Of a DNA stretch of 64,000 bases, positions 1-12,272 are shown piece after piece. Where the stretch lies: assembly GCA_030265395.1 (NCBI GenBank), contig JARFYF010000056.1, positions 10,983,790 to 11,047,789 of the forward strand. Direction: 5' to 3'. Position 1 is the stretch's first letter; the number at the start of each line of letters is the position of its first letter. The translations under genes were made by a program, and so were the position numbers. A model generated the notes under the pieces. It did no database searches, was not told the origin of the DNA, and worked only from the letters and a program-made list of their open reading frames with translations. This DNA is from Rhina ancylostomus (taxonomy: Eukaryota).

Positions 1-1310
1 AGAATGCTGCTGCTGCTTCTTTGGGATGAACTGATCCTGCATCTTCCAAATTACTCCCAGAAATTCCTGCCGTTGCTGCTCTATCGTCATCCCTTCTAGG
101 GTCCCCTTCTAATCAGCTTTGGCCAGCTCCTCTCTCATGCCTCTGTAGTTACCTTTACTCAACTGATACATCTGATTTTAGCTTCTCCCTCTCAAACTGC
201 GGGTGAATTCTATCACATAATGATCATTGCCTTCTAAGGGTTCCTTTACCTTATGCTCCCTAATCAAATCTGGTTCATTGCACAATACCAAATCCAGAAT
301 TGCCTTTTCACTAGTGGACTCGACCACAAGCTACTCTAAAAAGCCATCTTGTAGGCATTCTACAAATTCCTTCTCTTGGGATCCAGTACCACCCTGATTT
401 TCCCAATCTCCCTGCATATTGATATGCCCCATGACTACTGTAACATTTGCCCTTTTTACATGCCTCTTCTATCTCCTGTTGTAATTTGTACACCACATCC
501 TGGTGTCTTTTCGGAAGTCTGTATATAATTTCCATCAGGAATTTTTTACCCTTGCAGTTGCTTAACTCTACTCGCAACAATTCAACATCTTCTGATCCTA
601 TGTCACTTCTTGCTAAGGATTTGATTTCAGTTTTTACCAGCAAAGTCACTCCACCCTTCTTCCCACCTGCCTGCCTTTTCAATAGGATGTGTATCCTTGG
701 ATGTTTAGCTCCCAGCTCTGATCTTCTTTCGACCACAACTCTGCAATGCCCACAATGTCATAACTGCNNNNNNNNNNNNNNNNNNNNNNNNNNNNNNNNN
801 NNNNNNNNNNNNNNNNNNNNNNNNNNNNNNNNNNNNNNNNNNNNNNNNNNNNNNNNNNNNNNNNNNNNNNNNNNNNNNNNNNNNNNNNNNNNAACTTTGT
901 CTTCTTCTTTAATATGGGGACTCCAGTACCTCTCCTGCACTATTCTTCCCTTTTACTTCATCCATACTTTTCTAATCTGTTGAAACCACTCTCCTATTTA
1001 GTTTAAAGCTCTACCTACAGCCTTAGTTATGCGATTCACCATAACCCTGATCCCAGCATCGTTCAGGTAGAGCCCATCCCATCGGAACAGCTCCCTCCCT
1101 CCCCAATACTGGTGCCAATGTCCCACGAATTCAAACCCACCTTCCCACACCAATCTTTGAGCCATGCATTTAACTCTCTGATCTTATTAACCTTGTGCCA
1201 ATTTGCACGTGGCTCAGGGAGCAATCCAGAGATTATTACCTTTTTGGTTCTGCTTTCTAATTTAGTCCCTAGCTGTGCGAATTCCTTCAGTGGAACCTCT
1301 TTCCTTGTTA
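1..1310 (-). mobile_element. CR1-clade LINE fragment: ORF1 3' end (esterase-like) and ORF2 AP-endonuclease region, frameshifted
   Basis: Minus strand gives WHQYWGGRELFRWDGLYLNDAGIRVMVNRITKAVGRALN* (~1000-1120), then endonuclease motifs (GGKKGGVTLLVK, IIYR, FLE.LVVESTSEKAILDLVLCNEPDLI). Interrupted by gap 768-892 and runs off the window start. Confidence 0.85.
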
Positions 1311-1771
1311 TCTAATTAGATAAGTTACTTTTATTTGTTTTACTTAAGTTTGAGGTGTTTTAATTAATCTTCTTAATGTTTTAATAATTGTTAATTATTT
1401 GCAGTTATTGTAGTAGTCGTTAAATGTCTCTAAATGAAGGAGATATTTAAACAGTTATTAAAACTGCTTCACAGATTTGACAAAAGCAAAAACTCCATCC
1501 CCAGCTTTGTTTTCTATCAACGTCTATGAGTCTGTTTTGCGGACAGAGCCTCAACGCTGTGCTGACTGAAGGCTAGTTGCTGTTAAGAACTAATCACCCA
1601 ACTCCTAGGTGCAAACGGTCAGCAAGATTGAGCCTCATTCTGTCCAGATAAGTGCAGGCAGACAAGGATTGCAGGTTGGTGAGCTGAGTCCAGTAAGATC
1701 TGGCTCATCACCCTTCCTGTTGGTCTTTCTGTAGATATTTATAAATAAATATAAAAATTCCTTTTAACCTC

Positions 1772-2056
1772 GGTATGGTTTATTATTTGTCATTTGTACC
1801 GAAGTACAGTGAAAAACTTGTCTTGCATACCAATCGTACAAGTCAATTCATTACACGGTGCAGTTACATTGGATTAGTACAGAGTGCATTGAGGTAGTAC
1901 AGGTAAAAACAATAACAGTATAGAGTAAAGTGTCACTGCTACAGAGAAAGTGCAGTGCAATAAGGTGCAAGGTCACAACAAGGTAGATCATGAGGTCATA
2001 GTTTGTCTCATTGTATAAGGGAACTGCTTAATAGTCTTATCACAGTGGGATAGAAT
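1772..2056 (-). mobile_element. Rex1-like LINE 3' UTR fragment (5'-truncated)
   Basis: Reverse complement aligns by eye to the 3' end of the element at 9245-9522 (tgcactgcactt, gtactacctca, aagacaagttttt, aataaacca). Confidence 0.8.
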
Positions 2057-4069
2057 ATTGGTTGTAACAGTCAGGAGAATCTGGTCTGGAATCTCTAAGT
2101 CTCCATAATAGAATTATTTTCTCCATGAGGCCCAATGTGATTAATTATTCTGATAAACAGACAAAAGAAAATTCTGCGTTTTATATTCTAATTAATTTTG
2201 TTTTATGTGTTCACCATATGAAAATCCCAGCTCACTGTATCTTAACTTCATCTATTGGTCTCATTAATAACCATTGCTGTTTAATTGCTGCTAAAGTTCC
2301 TAGGGCACGGAGCCAAGCATTAAGTTCTAACTTCTCTTTTCCCATGAAAAAAGGATATAACCTTCTTGCCAAAAATAATGTTTTTCAAGAGATTTTCTTT
2401 TACTCCTTATGGAGCTTAAGTGATCTTTGATACATGTATTGGATTCGTATGTAGTCAGGAAGCCAACGTGGTTGTCTCCAACTGGAAAACATGCAAAAAA
2501 AAGTAGAACATTTTATAATTCTGCTTTCTTCTTGCCTTTCTTAGTCTCCCTTCAAAAGAATATTTCTTGCACTTTAGATTTCTTCAGTTTGATACAAACA
2601 GGCCCATGCTACATGTGACATGGAGAATGCCTTTGTTAGGTAAACAGTGAGACCAGGGGTTGAACAATGATCTCTTATCACCATACCTAGAATTCTTGGA
2701 TACATTGCGTAATACCACATTTAAAAAAAGGAGATGAATGAGATCTTTATCAAACAGAGATGACAGACTGCTGGAATTGTGGTGTACAGCAAATGGCTTG
2801 CAGCCACATCTGGTCCATGGGGTGGGCCTGTCCAGTCCACCCTCACCCTAGCTTCTGCTCCAACTGGCCTCTGACTAGCTGCCTTTGCTGAGGGCTTGCC
2901 AGAAAGCCCTGGATATTCCTCAGGACGTCCTTAGCTCCTTAAAAGAAGCAGCCCATGGCTTGATGATGGGAAGCATGCTGGAGGAGCACTGTGGAGACTG
3001 TTGCATAACTCGCAGCTCTTACCTCCACTATCCACCAGGTCCATGGGACCCACCCAACACAATGATTTGCCTTTCTAGGACCAATGTACTATTCTGTGGG
3101 TGTGGGTCTTTCTCTGCAAGACAGATAGGGCCCTACTGGACAAAGGTCTATCACATGCAGTGAACTTGGGTTCAGTATTCTTGGGTACGGGTCTGTATAA
3201 TACTGGGATACTGTCTTATGGACACAAGACTGGCAAAGTAGAAAGGAGCACAGGAAATGGGAAAAGTGAAGAACCAAGGAGGGAGCAATGTGCACTGAGT
3301 AGAGCACCCAAAAAATACAATGAGGGAGCAGTGAGAACAGCAACATTGGTGTCTTTAAACATGATTAAGAATATCTGCTTAAAACAAATTTTGTTTCTTA
3401 GATGTATAACGTCAAGCAGAGAGAAAGTCTGGGAAATTAATAATAGAAAATAAGGATAAGGTAGAAGAATTAAATAAATTAGAAGGTATGGAGGGTCTCA
3501 GGAAAATTGCATTCACTAGGGCAGTGATATTGAGTGAATTGTTGGAGCTGTGAGCTGACAAGACTCTGGGTCCTGAAGATTTCATTCTAGGGTCTTAAAA
3601 GAAGTGGATATTGATGCATTAGTTTTGATTTTCCAAAATTTCCTACATTCAGGAATGATTCCATTAAACTAGAAAATAGCAAATGTAATTCCTTCTATTC
3701 AAAAAGAGAGACAGAAAACAGGAAACTATAGGCCAGTTAGCTTATTAACTGTCCTAGGGAAAAATATTAGAAGCTATTATTGAAGTTGCATAACAGGGCT
3801 CTTCGAAAAATTCAAAGTGATCAGGAAAAGTCCACATGGTTTTGTGAAAGGGAAATCAAATTTTACCAATTTATTGGAGTTCTTTGAAGAAGTAACGTGC
3901 TGTACATAAAGGGAACTAATGGATGTACTCTACTTATTTTCCAAAAGGATTTTGATAAAGTATTGCATCAAAGATTGCGATGGAAATAAGAAGCTCAAGA
4001 TCTAGGAGAGAACATATAGGCATGAATAGAAGATTGGCAGCCTTATAGGAAACAGGGAGTGTGCATAGG

Positions 4070-4515
4070 GACACAAGAACTGTAGTTTCTGGGGTCTGGA
4101 GCAGAAAAGTAAACAAGCTACTGGAAGAACCCAGCAGGTCAACGGCATCTGTGGATGCAAAAGGATGGACATCATTCCCAGTTGAGTTCGAATAGTAAAT
4201 AGTCAGACATCAGGACTTAGAGTGTAGAGGGGAGGTAGCCAGTATATATAAAGTTGGTGGGAATGGATGAGCACACCAGGGAGGCATGGAGAGAGTGATC
4301 CCTGTGGAAAGTGGGTAGGAGGGGGTTGAAGGGAAGGTATGGCTTCTGGTGGGATCCTGTTGGAGTTGGTGGAAGTGACGAAGGATAATATGCCGGATGC
4401 AGAGGCCAATAGGGTGAAAGGTGAGAAGGTGAGGACCAAGGGAACTCTATCTCTGTTCTGTTTGGGGAGAGGAAGAGTGAGAGTAGACATGTGGGAAATG
4501 GAGAAGTGCTTGTGA
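4070..4515 (-). mobile_element. Penelope-like element fragment (pseudo-LTR plus RT/endonuclease linker)
   Basis: Minus-strand peptides KQNRDRVPLVLTF and FHRDHSLHASLV are homologous to the element at 38552-40510. 4070-4215 is a reverse copy of the pseudo-LTR (cagatgccgttgacctgctg...ttcttccag). Confidence 0.8.
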
Positions 4516-4890
4516 GTGGGTACATAATTGGATAATTTTCTGGTTGACAATATGTGAAAAGTGGTGTGTGCTGGGGCCTCAACATTTTACACTGACTTAG
4601 ATGAAGTGATGGAAGGTTTGTGTGCTAAATTTGCTTATGGCACAAAAGTAAATAGGAAAGTAGGTTGTGAAGAGGATGTAAGCTGGGTGAAACAAGATGT
4701 AGATAGGTTAAGTAAGAGGGCAAAAGTCTGCCAAAGGGAGTATAATGTGGGAAAGTAAAGTTGTTCATGTTGGCAGGAAAGGTACAAACGAAATATAATA
4801 TCTAAATGGTGAGAGATGGGGTGAATCTGGATGTCGTAATGCATAATTTCCAAAATGTTAGTATGTAGGTATAGCAAGAAATTAGGAAAG

Positions 4891-5141
4891 TGTAGCGGCT
4901 AGCTACACTGAATAAAGACATGAGACACTTGTTTGAAATCAGAGTTAAATGAACGACCGAGGTGCGCTGCCCCTTTAATAAATACAGTTCCCACACTGAT
5001 GTCACACGCGGGTCACGTGGCCTTCCCGTGTGCAGGCTCCCCTAGCCCAACGAAGAAAGAGTGCCCCATGCCATCTTGTATCAGGGCCTCTGAGGATGCT
5101 CGCGATTGTGGGAGCCGGTTCATGAACAGTAAGTCGCTACA
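4891..5141. mobile_element. Solo-LTR-like insertion, 251 bp, TG...CA termini, 4-bp TSD AAAG
   Basis: Starts TGTAGCGGCT and ends AGTCGCTACA (10-bp inverted termini, 1 mismatch). AAAG at 4887-4890 and 5142-5145. Removing it restores the host CR1 sequence attaggaaagctaac. CpG-rich relative to flanks. Confidence 0.8.
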
Positions 5142-5370
5142 AAAGCTAACAAAATTAAGTTGCTCATTGCAAGAGGAATTTAATTCAAAAGTAGGGCAAT
5201 ACAGGGAATTGGTGAGACCACATCTGGAGTACTTTTTCAGTATCAGTTTGCTTACTCAAGGAAGAATTGANNNNNNNNNNNNNNNNNNNNNNNNNNNNNN
5301 NNNNNNNNNNNNNNNNNNNNNNNNNNNNNNNNNNNNNNNNNNNNNNNNNNNNNNNNNNNNNNNNNNNNNN

Positions 5371-6372
5371 ACAGGGATCGGTTCTGGGACCTCTGCTTTT
5401 TGTGATTTTTATTAATGACTTGGCTGAGGGAGTAGATGGGTGGGTTGGTAGGTTTGCAGATGACACAAAGGTTGGTGGTGTTGTGCATAGTGTGGAGGAC
5501 TGTCGAAGCTTGCAGAGGAACATTGATAGGATGCAGAGCTGGGCTGAGAAGTGACAGATGGAGTTCAATCCAGAGAAGTGTGAGGTGGTGCACTTTGGAA
5601 GGACAAACTCCAAGGCAGAGTACAAAGTTAGTGGCAGGATTCTGGGTCGGGTGGAGGAGCAGAGGGATCTGGAGGGGGTTCATATCCACAGATCCCTGAA
5701 AGTTACCTCACAGGTGGACAAGGTAGTTAAGAAAGCTTATGGGGTGATAGCTTTTATAAGTCGAGGGATCGAGTTTAAGAGCCTTGAGGTAATGATGCAG
5801 CTCTATTAAACTCTGGTTAGACCACACTTAGAGTACTCTGTCCATTTCTGGCCTCCTCATTATAGGAAGGATGTGGAAGTGTTGGAAAGGTTACTGAGGA
5901 GATTTACCAGGATGCTGCCTGGTTTAGACAGTGTGCATTATGAGGAGAGACTAAGGGAACTAGGGCTTTACTCTTTGGAGTGAAGGAGGATGAGAGGAGA
6001 CATGATAGAGGTATACAAAATATTAAGAGGACTAGATCGAGTAGACAGCCAGTGCCTCTTTCCCAGGGCACCAATGCACAATACAAGAGGGCATGGCTTT
6101 AAAGTAATGGGTAGGAGGTTCAAGGGGGATATCAGAGGGAGGGTTTTTACCTAGAGAGTTGTTGGGGCATGGAATGTGCTGCCTGGGGTGGTGGTGGAGA
6201 GAGGTACATTGGTCAAATTCAGGAGATTGCTAGATAGGCATGTGGATGAATTTAAAATAGAGAGGTATGTGGGGGGAAGGGGTTAGATAGTTTTTAGGCA
6301 AGGTTTAAAGGTCGGCACAATATTGTGGACCAAAGGGCCTGTATTGTGCTGTACTTTCTGTGATTCCATATT
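5371..6372 (+). mobile_element. Younger CR1 LINE 3' part (RT core to 3' tail) with a few stops and frameshifts
   Basis: QGSVLGPLLFVIFINDL, FADDTK, MEFNPEKCEVVHFG, LVRPHLEY, TRGHGFKV; 3' tail gggcctgtattgtgctgta. The 5' end is in gap 5271-5370. Confidence 0.92.
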
Positions 6373-7581
6373 CCTGTCATTGTTACAATTTAATAATAAG
6401 CAGTTGCCCATTCAAGGGAGAGGAGCCAAAATACCTTCTCTCAGAGTAACAAAGGTCTTTCCCTGAAAAGGTGGTCAAAGCAGAATCTTTGAATGTTTTT
6501 GAGGCAGAACTAAACAGATTCCTGATCAGCAAGGGGATGAAAGGTTATTGGGGTAGGTGTGAATGCAGAATTGAGGTTAAAATCACATCAGCCAAGATCT
6601 TATTAAATGGTGGAGCTAGGCCAAGTGGCCTACTTCTGCTCTTAGATTGTATTGTAAATTTGGCCCACCCCATGTAAAGGTTGTACTCCACTGTGCTTGA
6701 TTGATTATTTAACTGCTTACTGTTCAAACAAAATGTGCAGCAGACATTGAAGTATATTTTCTATTCCTTTAGAAAGTAGTTAGCATTTTTGCATCTTTGT
6801 TAGGTACTGCTGTGAATCAGTTGCATTTCTAATACTATGATTCCACATATTTCATCTATCGTTGCATCACTCAGTGATGTCTGTATCATCTCATACACTA
6901 TTACATCCAGAGTTTTGTGCACAAGTTTGCACCATTTACCCATATTTTGGTTCTTGTCTCACAACAGAAATATTTGCCAGGACAACAGAATTCATTTGTC
7001 CTCTGAATGGTACAATGGGATCTTAAACATTCAGATCATCAGAAAAGGTAGACTGTTTTTCCAAAAAATGACAGTTTCAACAACATGGCATTTTTCAACC
7101 ACTGTACAAGACAGCAGTATTGGGCTGGAAAAATCCACCCTGCAGACCACTAGTTTTGAGAATAATTCTGACTCCTTGCCTTTAATTGCAGCTGGTCCGT
7201 GCCCAGGTCCACAGAGTAGCTTGTTAATAGCTAAACAAGCCACCTTTCAACTGCTCACTCGCTAAAGAAGCCAGTCCCTCACCATGCTGGTGGGAGTCAT
7301 CTCCCCTAGACTAATACCAGCAGGCAGCCTCTTGCATTCAGCAATGCAGCTCCACTGAGATTTTTGGCACTTCCAAATATCTGAGTGGAACAGGCTACTA
7401 ACTGTGCGAGACCCTGTGAATTTGATGTACTTACCAAATACTTATTGAACATACCAAATATTAGGGCAGAGATTTTGGGCAACCAATTCAATGTTTAGAT
7501 TCACTAGAATGATACCCGAGTTAAAAGGATTAAATTAGGAAGGCAGATTATATATACTTGATTTTTATATTCTTAAATTTA

Positions 7582-9522
7582 AGACGATACGGGTATTCCC
7601 AAACCAGAAACCATGGATGAACCAGGAGATCCACTCCCTAATGAAGTCGAGGACTGCTGCATTCCAATCAGGTGACCCTGACCTTTACAAGAAACTGAGA
7701 TACAACCTCTGTAAAGCTATCAGAGATGCCAAAAGACAATACCAGTTCAAAATAGAGTCCAAGACAAGCCGTCAGTTGTGGCAGGGCTTACGTGCTTTAA
7801 TGGGCTACAAAATGAAGTAGGGCAGCATAGTCTACAACAGCGCATCCCTTCCTGATAAGCTTAACACATTCTATGCACATTTTGAACAGAAGGAGATTAG
7901 TTTGTCACCATCCACCCTGACAGCTTCCAATGCAACTGAACCTGTGGTCACCATTGAGGACATAAGACCAGTCTACTGGAGAGTGAACCCGAGGAAAGCA
8001 TCTGCCCTGGATGGTGTCCCTGGCCATGTCCTCGGATATTATACTGATCAACTGATGGGGGTATTTGCAGACATATTTAACCTCTCCCTGCTTCAATCTG
8101 AGGTTCCCACCTGTTTTAAAAAGACCAAATATGCATTAATGACTACCGACCGGTGGCTCTGACAACCACCAGCATGAAGTGCTTCGAGAAGCTGGTCATG
8201 GCACGCATTATCTCCAGCCTCCTGGGAAAACCTCGATCCACTGCAATTTGCCTACTACCGAAACAGGCCTACAGTGAACACCATCTCCCTAGGCCTACAC
8301 TCATGTCTGGAGCATCTGGACAGTAAAGCAGCCTACATTAGACTATTGTTTATTGACTGCAGCTCCGCCTTCAATACTGTAATTCCAAGCAAACTCATCA
8401 CCAAATTCCAAGATCTGGAACTCAACACTTCCTTCTGCAACTGGAGATAGAGAGCTTAGTGACATGATGTTGTGACATGAAGTCATGACAACAACCTTTT
8501 CCTCAATGTCATCAAAACAAAAGAGCAGGCCATTGACTTAAGGAAAGGGGCCAGTGCATATGCACCTGTCTACTTCAATGGTGCTGAGGTCAAGAAGGTT
8601 GAGAGCTTCAAGTTCCTAGGAGTGAACATCACCAATAGCCTGTCCTGNNNNNNNNNNNNNNNNNNNNNNNNNNNNNNNNNNNNNNNNNNNNNNNNNNNNN
8701 NNNNNNNNNNNNNNNNNNNNNNNNNNNNNNNNNNNNNNNNNNNNNNNNNNNNNNNNNNNNNNNNNNNNNNNNNNNNNNNNNNNNNNNNNNNNNNNNNNNN
8801 NNNNNNNNNNNNNNNNNNNNNNNNNNNNNNNNNNNNNNNNNNNNNNNNNNNNNNNNNNNNNNNNNNNNNNGCCTGTCCTGGTCCCACAATGTAGACGCCA
8901 CGGCCAAGAAAACTCACCAGTGCCTCTACTTTCTTAGACAGCTAAATAAATTTGGCATGTCCCCTTTGACACCAACTTTTATCAATGCACCATAGAAAGC
9001 ATCCTATCTGGATACGTCATGGCTTGATATGGCAACTGCTCTGCCTGGGACCACAAGAAACTGCAGAGAGTTGTGGACACAGCCCAGCACATCAGAGAAA
9101 CTAGCCTCCCCTCCATGAACTCTATTCATACTGCTCATTGCCTTGGTGAAGCAGCCCACCCACCTGGGTCATTCTCGCTTCTCCCCTCTCCCATCAGGCA
9201 GAATTTTATTCATTGATAGTGCACATACTATCAGTCTCAAGGACAGCTTCTATTCCACTTATAAGACTGTTAAACGGTTCTCTTCTTTGATGAGATGAAC
9301 TCTTGCCCTCACAGTCTACCTTGTTATGACCTTGCACTTTATTGTCTACCTGCACTGCACTTCCTCTGTCACTGTGACACTTTACTCTGTGCTCTGTTAT
9401 TGTTTTTACCCTGTACTACCTCAGTGCACAGTGTAATGAATAGATCTGTACGAATGGTATGTAAGACAAGTTTTTCCACTGTACCTTGGTACAAGTGACA
9501 ATAATAAACCAACACCAGTACC
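7582..9522 (+). mobile_element. Rex1/Babar-clade LINE, 5'-truncated and decayed, inserted into an old CR1 fragment
   Basis: FPNQKPWMN, KAIRDAKRQY, VNPRKASALDGVPG, VFADIFNLSL, DPLQFAY, RLLFIDCSSAFNT, FKFLGVNI, KKLQRVV. 3' UTR ends aataataaaccaacaccagtacc. Candidate TSD AATTTA (7576-7581 / 9523-9528). CR1 remnants on both sides (7485-7580, 9525-9590). Confidence 0.88.
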
Positions 9523-10929
9523 AATTTAGAAGGCTGAGGAATGATCTGATAGGAGGATTTAAGAGGATAAATACAAAGAAACTATTTACAGAAATAATTT
9601 ATAGTGAACATTGCAGGGAGGGATCTAGTTAGTGAAAATGTTGATTTTTGAGGATAGGAGTCATGCATCGTATTGTTACTGTGAGGTATTGAACCACACC
9701 CTGATGGTTCATTTGTTTGCACTTGTGACTCTATTGCAGTCACATCAACAAAGAAAAGACAGGAGAGACTGAGAACTTATTCCAGAATCAAGAGTAATCA
9801 GGAGAAGGAAAATGATGTAATGACCTAGAATTATTTCTGATGCAATGCATTTTTCTACACTTATGAAATGTGCATTGTGTTGTCTTATTTTATTCTTCTA
9901 TTGTGTGATAAAATTGAAAATTATTTTAGTTTAATGTACTGGCATTCCCAGGGGAGCATGCATACAAATCTAAGGTAAATGTGACTTTCCATGTGCAACA
10001 TGCACTATCAATTAATAAAATTAGATGTTGACAGCCTTACTTCTAAGTTCATTTCTGTAGCAGTAATAACTGATTAAATACGTTGATTAATTGTTAACAG
10101 TTGTAAGAATATTGGCTGCATTAACTCACAGTAGAAAGATTCACAGAACTCTATAATTATCATAGCCTCTGGCTGTGCAACCCGGTGTATTGAGTAACTT
10201 TCTGAAGTGTTCTTTGGGATTAAAAGCTCATTATAGCCTGCAGCCACATTTCACACAGCTAATGCACAGAGCTAAATGTAATATAGTACATGTTAGATGG
10301 GTTTGACAGGTTTCTGAAAGTTTTCCCTGCAGTTGATGCAGCTGATTACTAATAATGTCCTTTTTTTTATTACTGTATTTCTACTAGTAGAAACTATAGA
10401 CTATATCTTCACAATATTTCAGAACTGTGGGTAATGTGAAATCCATCACCAAATTCCACAGCTTTGGTCATGCAGACAAATAATTGCCCTTGCCGTTCAC
10501 ACACAGTCATTTTATAGAGGGGCCTAAATTGAGACCCGTGCTTCCCTGGAGGCAGGAAGTGAAAGGCTGGTGATTTGAGAATGTCTTGATTCCTCAGTTT
10601 CTGAAAACAATCACAGACTTAAATAGAGCACCATCATTTATCTTTTTAAAACGTAGCTTGCAATTGCATGGGGTATTCAGTATAGGCCATTCAGCCCAAG
10701 TAGTTTTCTTGTGCTTATATTCTACTTCTCATTCCACTTACATTTTCTGCCTCTTGGTGTATCTTTTTTTATATTCATTTTTTCCAATNNNNNNNNNNNN
10801 NNNNNNNNNNNNNNNNNNNNNNNNNNNNNNNNNNNNNNNNNNNNNNNNNNNNNNNNNNNNNNNNNNNNNNNNNNNNNNNNNNNNNNNNNNNNNNNNNNNN
10901 NNTGCAAATCCTCCTGATCTCCTTAATGG

Positions 10930-11205
10930 AAATAGGTGGTGCTGCTGCCTTGCTTCTCCAGTGACTCTGGTTTGATCATCTCCTCTGGAGCTGTCTGTGT
11001 GAAATTTCCATGTTCTCCCTGTTACTTTTTAGGTTCCCCCAGATGCTCTAGTTTCCTCCCACATTCTAAAGACCTGCTGTTTGGTTACTCTAATTTATCC
11101 CTAAAATGTAAGTGGGTGGCAGGAGAATCAGGGTAGAGTTGTGAGAGCATAGGTTATGGGAAAGAAATTAGTGAATGGGATTGTTCTGAGAACTGGCAAG
11201 GGCAC
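10930..11205 (+). mobile_element. tRNA-derived SINE, HE1/V-SINE-like
   Basis: Decayed B box (ggtttgatc) and central motifs tgtctgtgtg..atgttctccctgt..gtttcctcccacattctaaagac, shared with the other SINE copies in the window. Confidence 0.75.
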
Positions 11206-11219
11206 ATTAAGCCCCCTTA

Positions 11220-11630
11220 ATGACCTTGTATTTGTGGTCCTGAGCTTTGGATTTTCAAGAACTTGGAATATTTTGATCATATGCCCCTTGTTAAATTGAT
11301 TCATAATTTTAAAGACCTTTATCAGGTCACTGCTGTCTTTTCACTTTTTTGAAAGAAACCATTCAATTATTCTCCAATTTTTCAGTCTTGAAAATCTCTG
11401 CACTTCTCCAGCCCTTCCGTGTTCATTTTATAATGCAAATCTATGCCCTGTACTCCAAGTTGGGCCTGATCAGAGTCCTACATGAGACTAGCATACCTGA
11501 ATTTCTTTTGATCTGTATGCTCCAGGAGACAAATCTCTGTGCTTTGTTAGCATTTTCAATTGTTTAACTTTCCTATGATGCCATTTTTACATGTTTATTC
11601 ATCTGTATCTCTAGACCACTCATTTGTAAC
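11220..11630 (-). mobile_element. Highly decayed CR1 LINE fragment
   Basis: Reverse CR1-like words (cataattttaaagacctttatcaggtcac; tactccaagttgggcctgatcagagt). Confidence 0.5.
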
Positions 11631-11903
11631 CTTAGTTTCAATTTTGGCAGAATGAACAGATTGGCGTAATTTCCTATGCCACCCAATGAGAATGCTTTTT
11701 ATAAGTGGAATACCATAAGGTAGAGAAAATGGCATGTCTGATCATTGTTGCATATAAATGATATAAGAGAAAATTGCACCTTGTGACTGAACACCCTAAT
11801 GTTTTGTCAAGATAGAATGATCACTACCTAGCAAGTTTCTGCATCTGGACAAAAATTGACACCTCCCTAATAATTGATTTTGGTTCCTAATTGTTTGTTA
11901 CAG

Positions 11904-12011
11904 GTTACACTTGGAAAGGTATTGAAGGCAATTGTTGTAATGAGGAGTCTATTCATTGATCGAACAATCGTTAAGGCTTACAATGAAAACGTCTACACAG
12001 AAGATGGGAAG
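11904..12011 (+). CDS. MED27: MED27 internal coding exon (108 nt, phase 0/0): VTLGKVLKAIVVMRSLFIDRTIVKAYNENVYTEDGK
   Basis: Acceptor ttgtttgttacAG ends at 11903; donor GTacgg at 12012. The open 36-codon frame matches the vertebrate MED27 segment as I recall it (VTLGKVLKVIVVMRSLFIDRTIVKGYNENVYTEDGK). Confidence 0.96.
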
Positions 12012-12233
12012 GTACGGACATTTGAGCCATTAACTTAGTTTATGATTAAAAATCAGGATGTGCATCATTTATCACAATTTATCTGTGTATTTCTATAGAT
12101 GAGCATTATATTAGAAACTGGAGAAATTTACAGAAGTATATTACTACTTTCTTTATCTTCTTTGGCTGAATTGCAGAAGTAACACTCCTAACAATGGTAC
12201 AACTTTCATTGTGCTTATGAAGAAAAGATTTAA

Positions 12234-12272
12234 ATATATATATATATAACTATATAGATATAGATAGATATG
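12234..12272. repeat. (TA)n/(TAGA)n microsatellite
   Basis: atatatatatatataactatatagatatagatagatat read directly. Confidence 0.8.

Larger units (their letters stand above)
3480..6655 (+). mobile_element. Old decayed CR1 LINE (RT to 3' tail) interrupted by three younger insertions
   Basis: Degenerate RT motifs: RVLKEV, KIANV, KTGNYRPVS (3715-3741), GFVKGKS, AKFAYGTK (decayed FADDTK, ~4625-4650), ELVRPHLEY (5205-5232). CR1-type 3' tail at 6390-6655. Confidence 0.8.

Noticed and set aside
4933-5415. 160-aa ORF with a GC-rich start
   Set aside because: Chance read-through from the solo-LTR-like insert into CR1 sequence and an N gap.
1-11903. Upstream MED27 exons (e.g. the one ending ...RPNGTSAMLL)
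   Set aside because: No matching peptide found by eye; presumably upstream of the window or in a gap.
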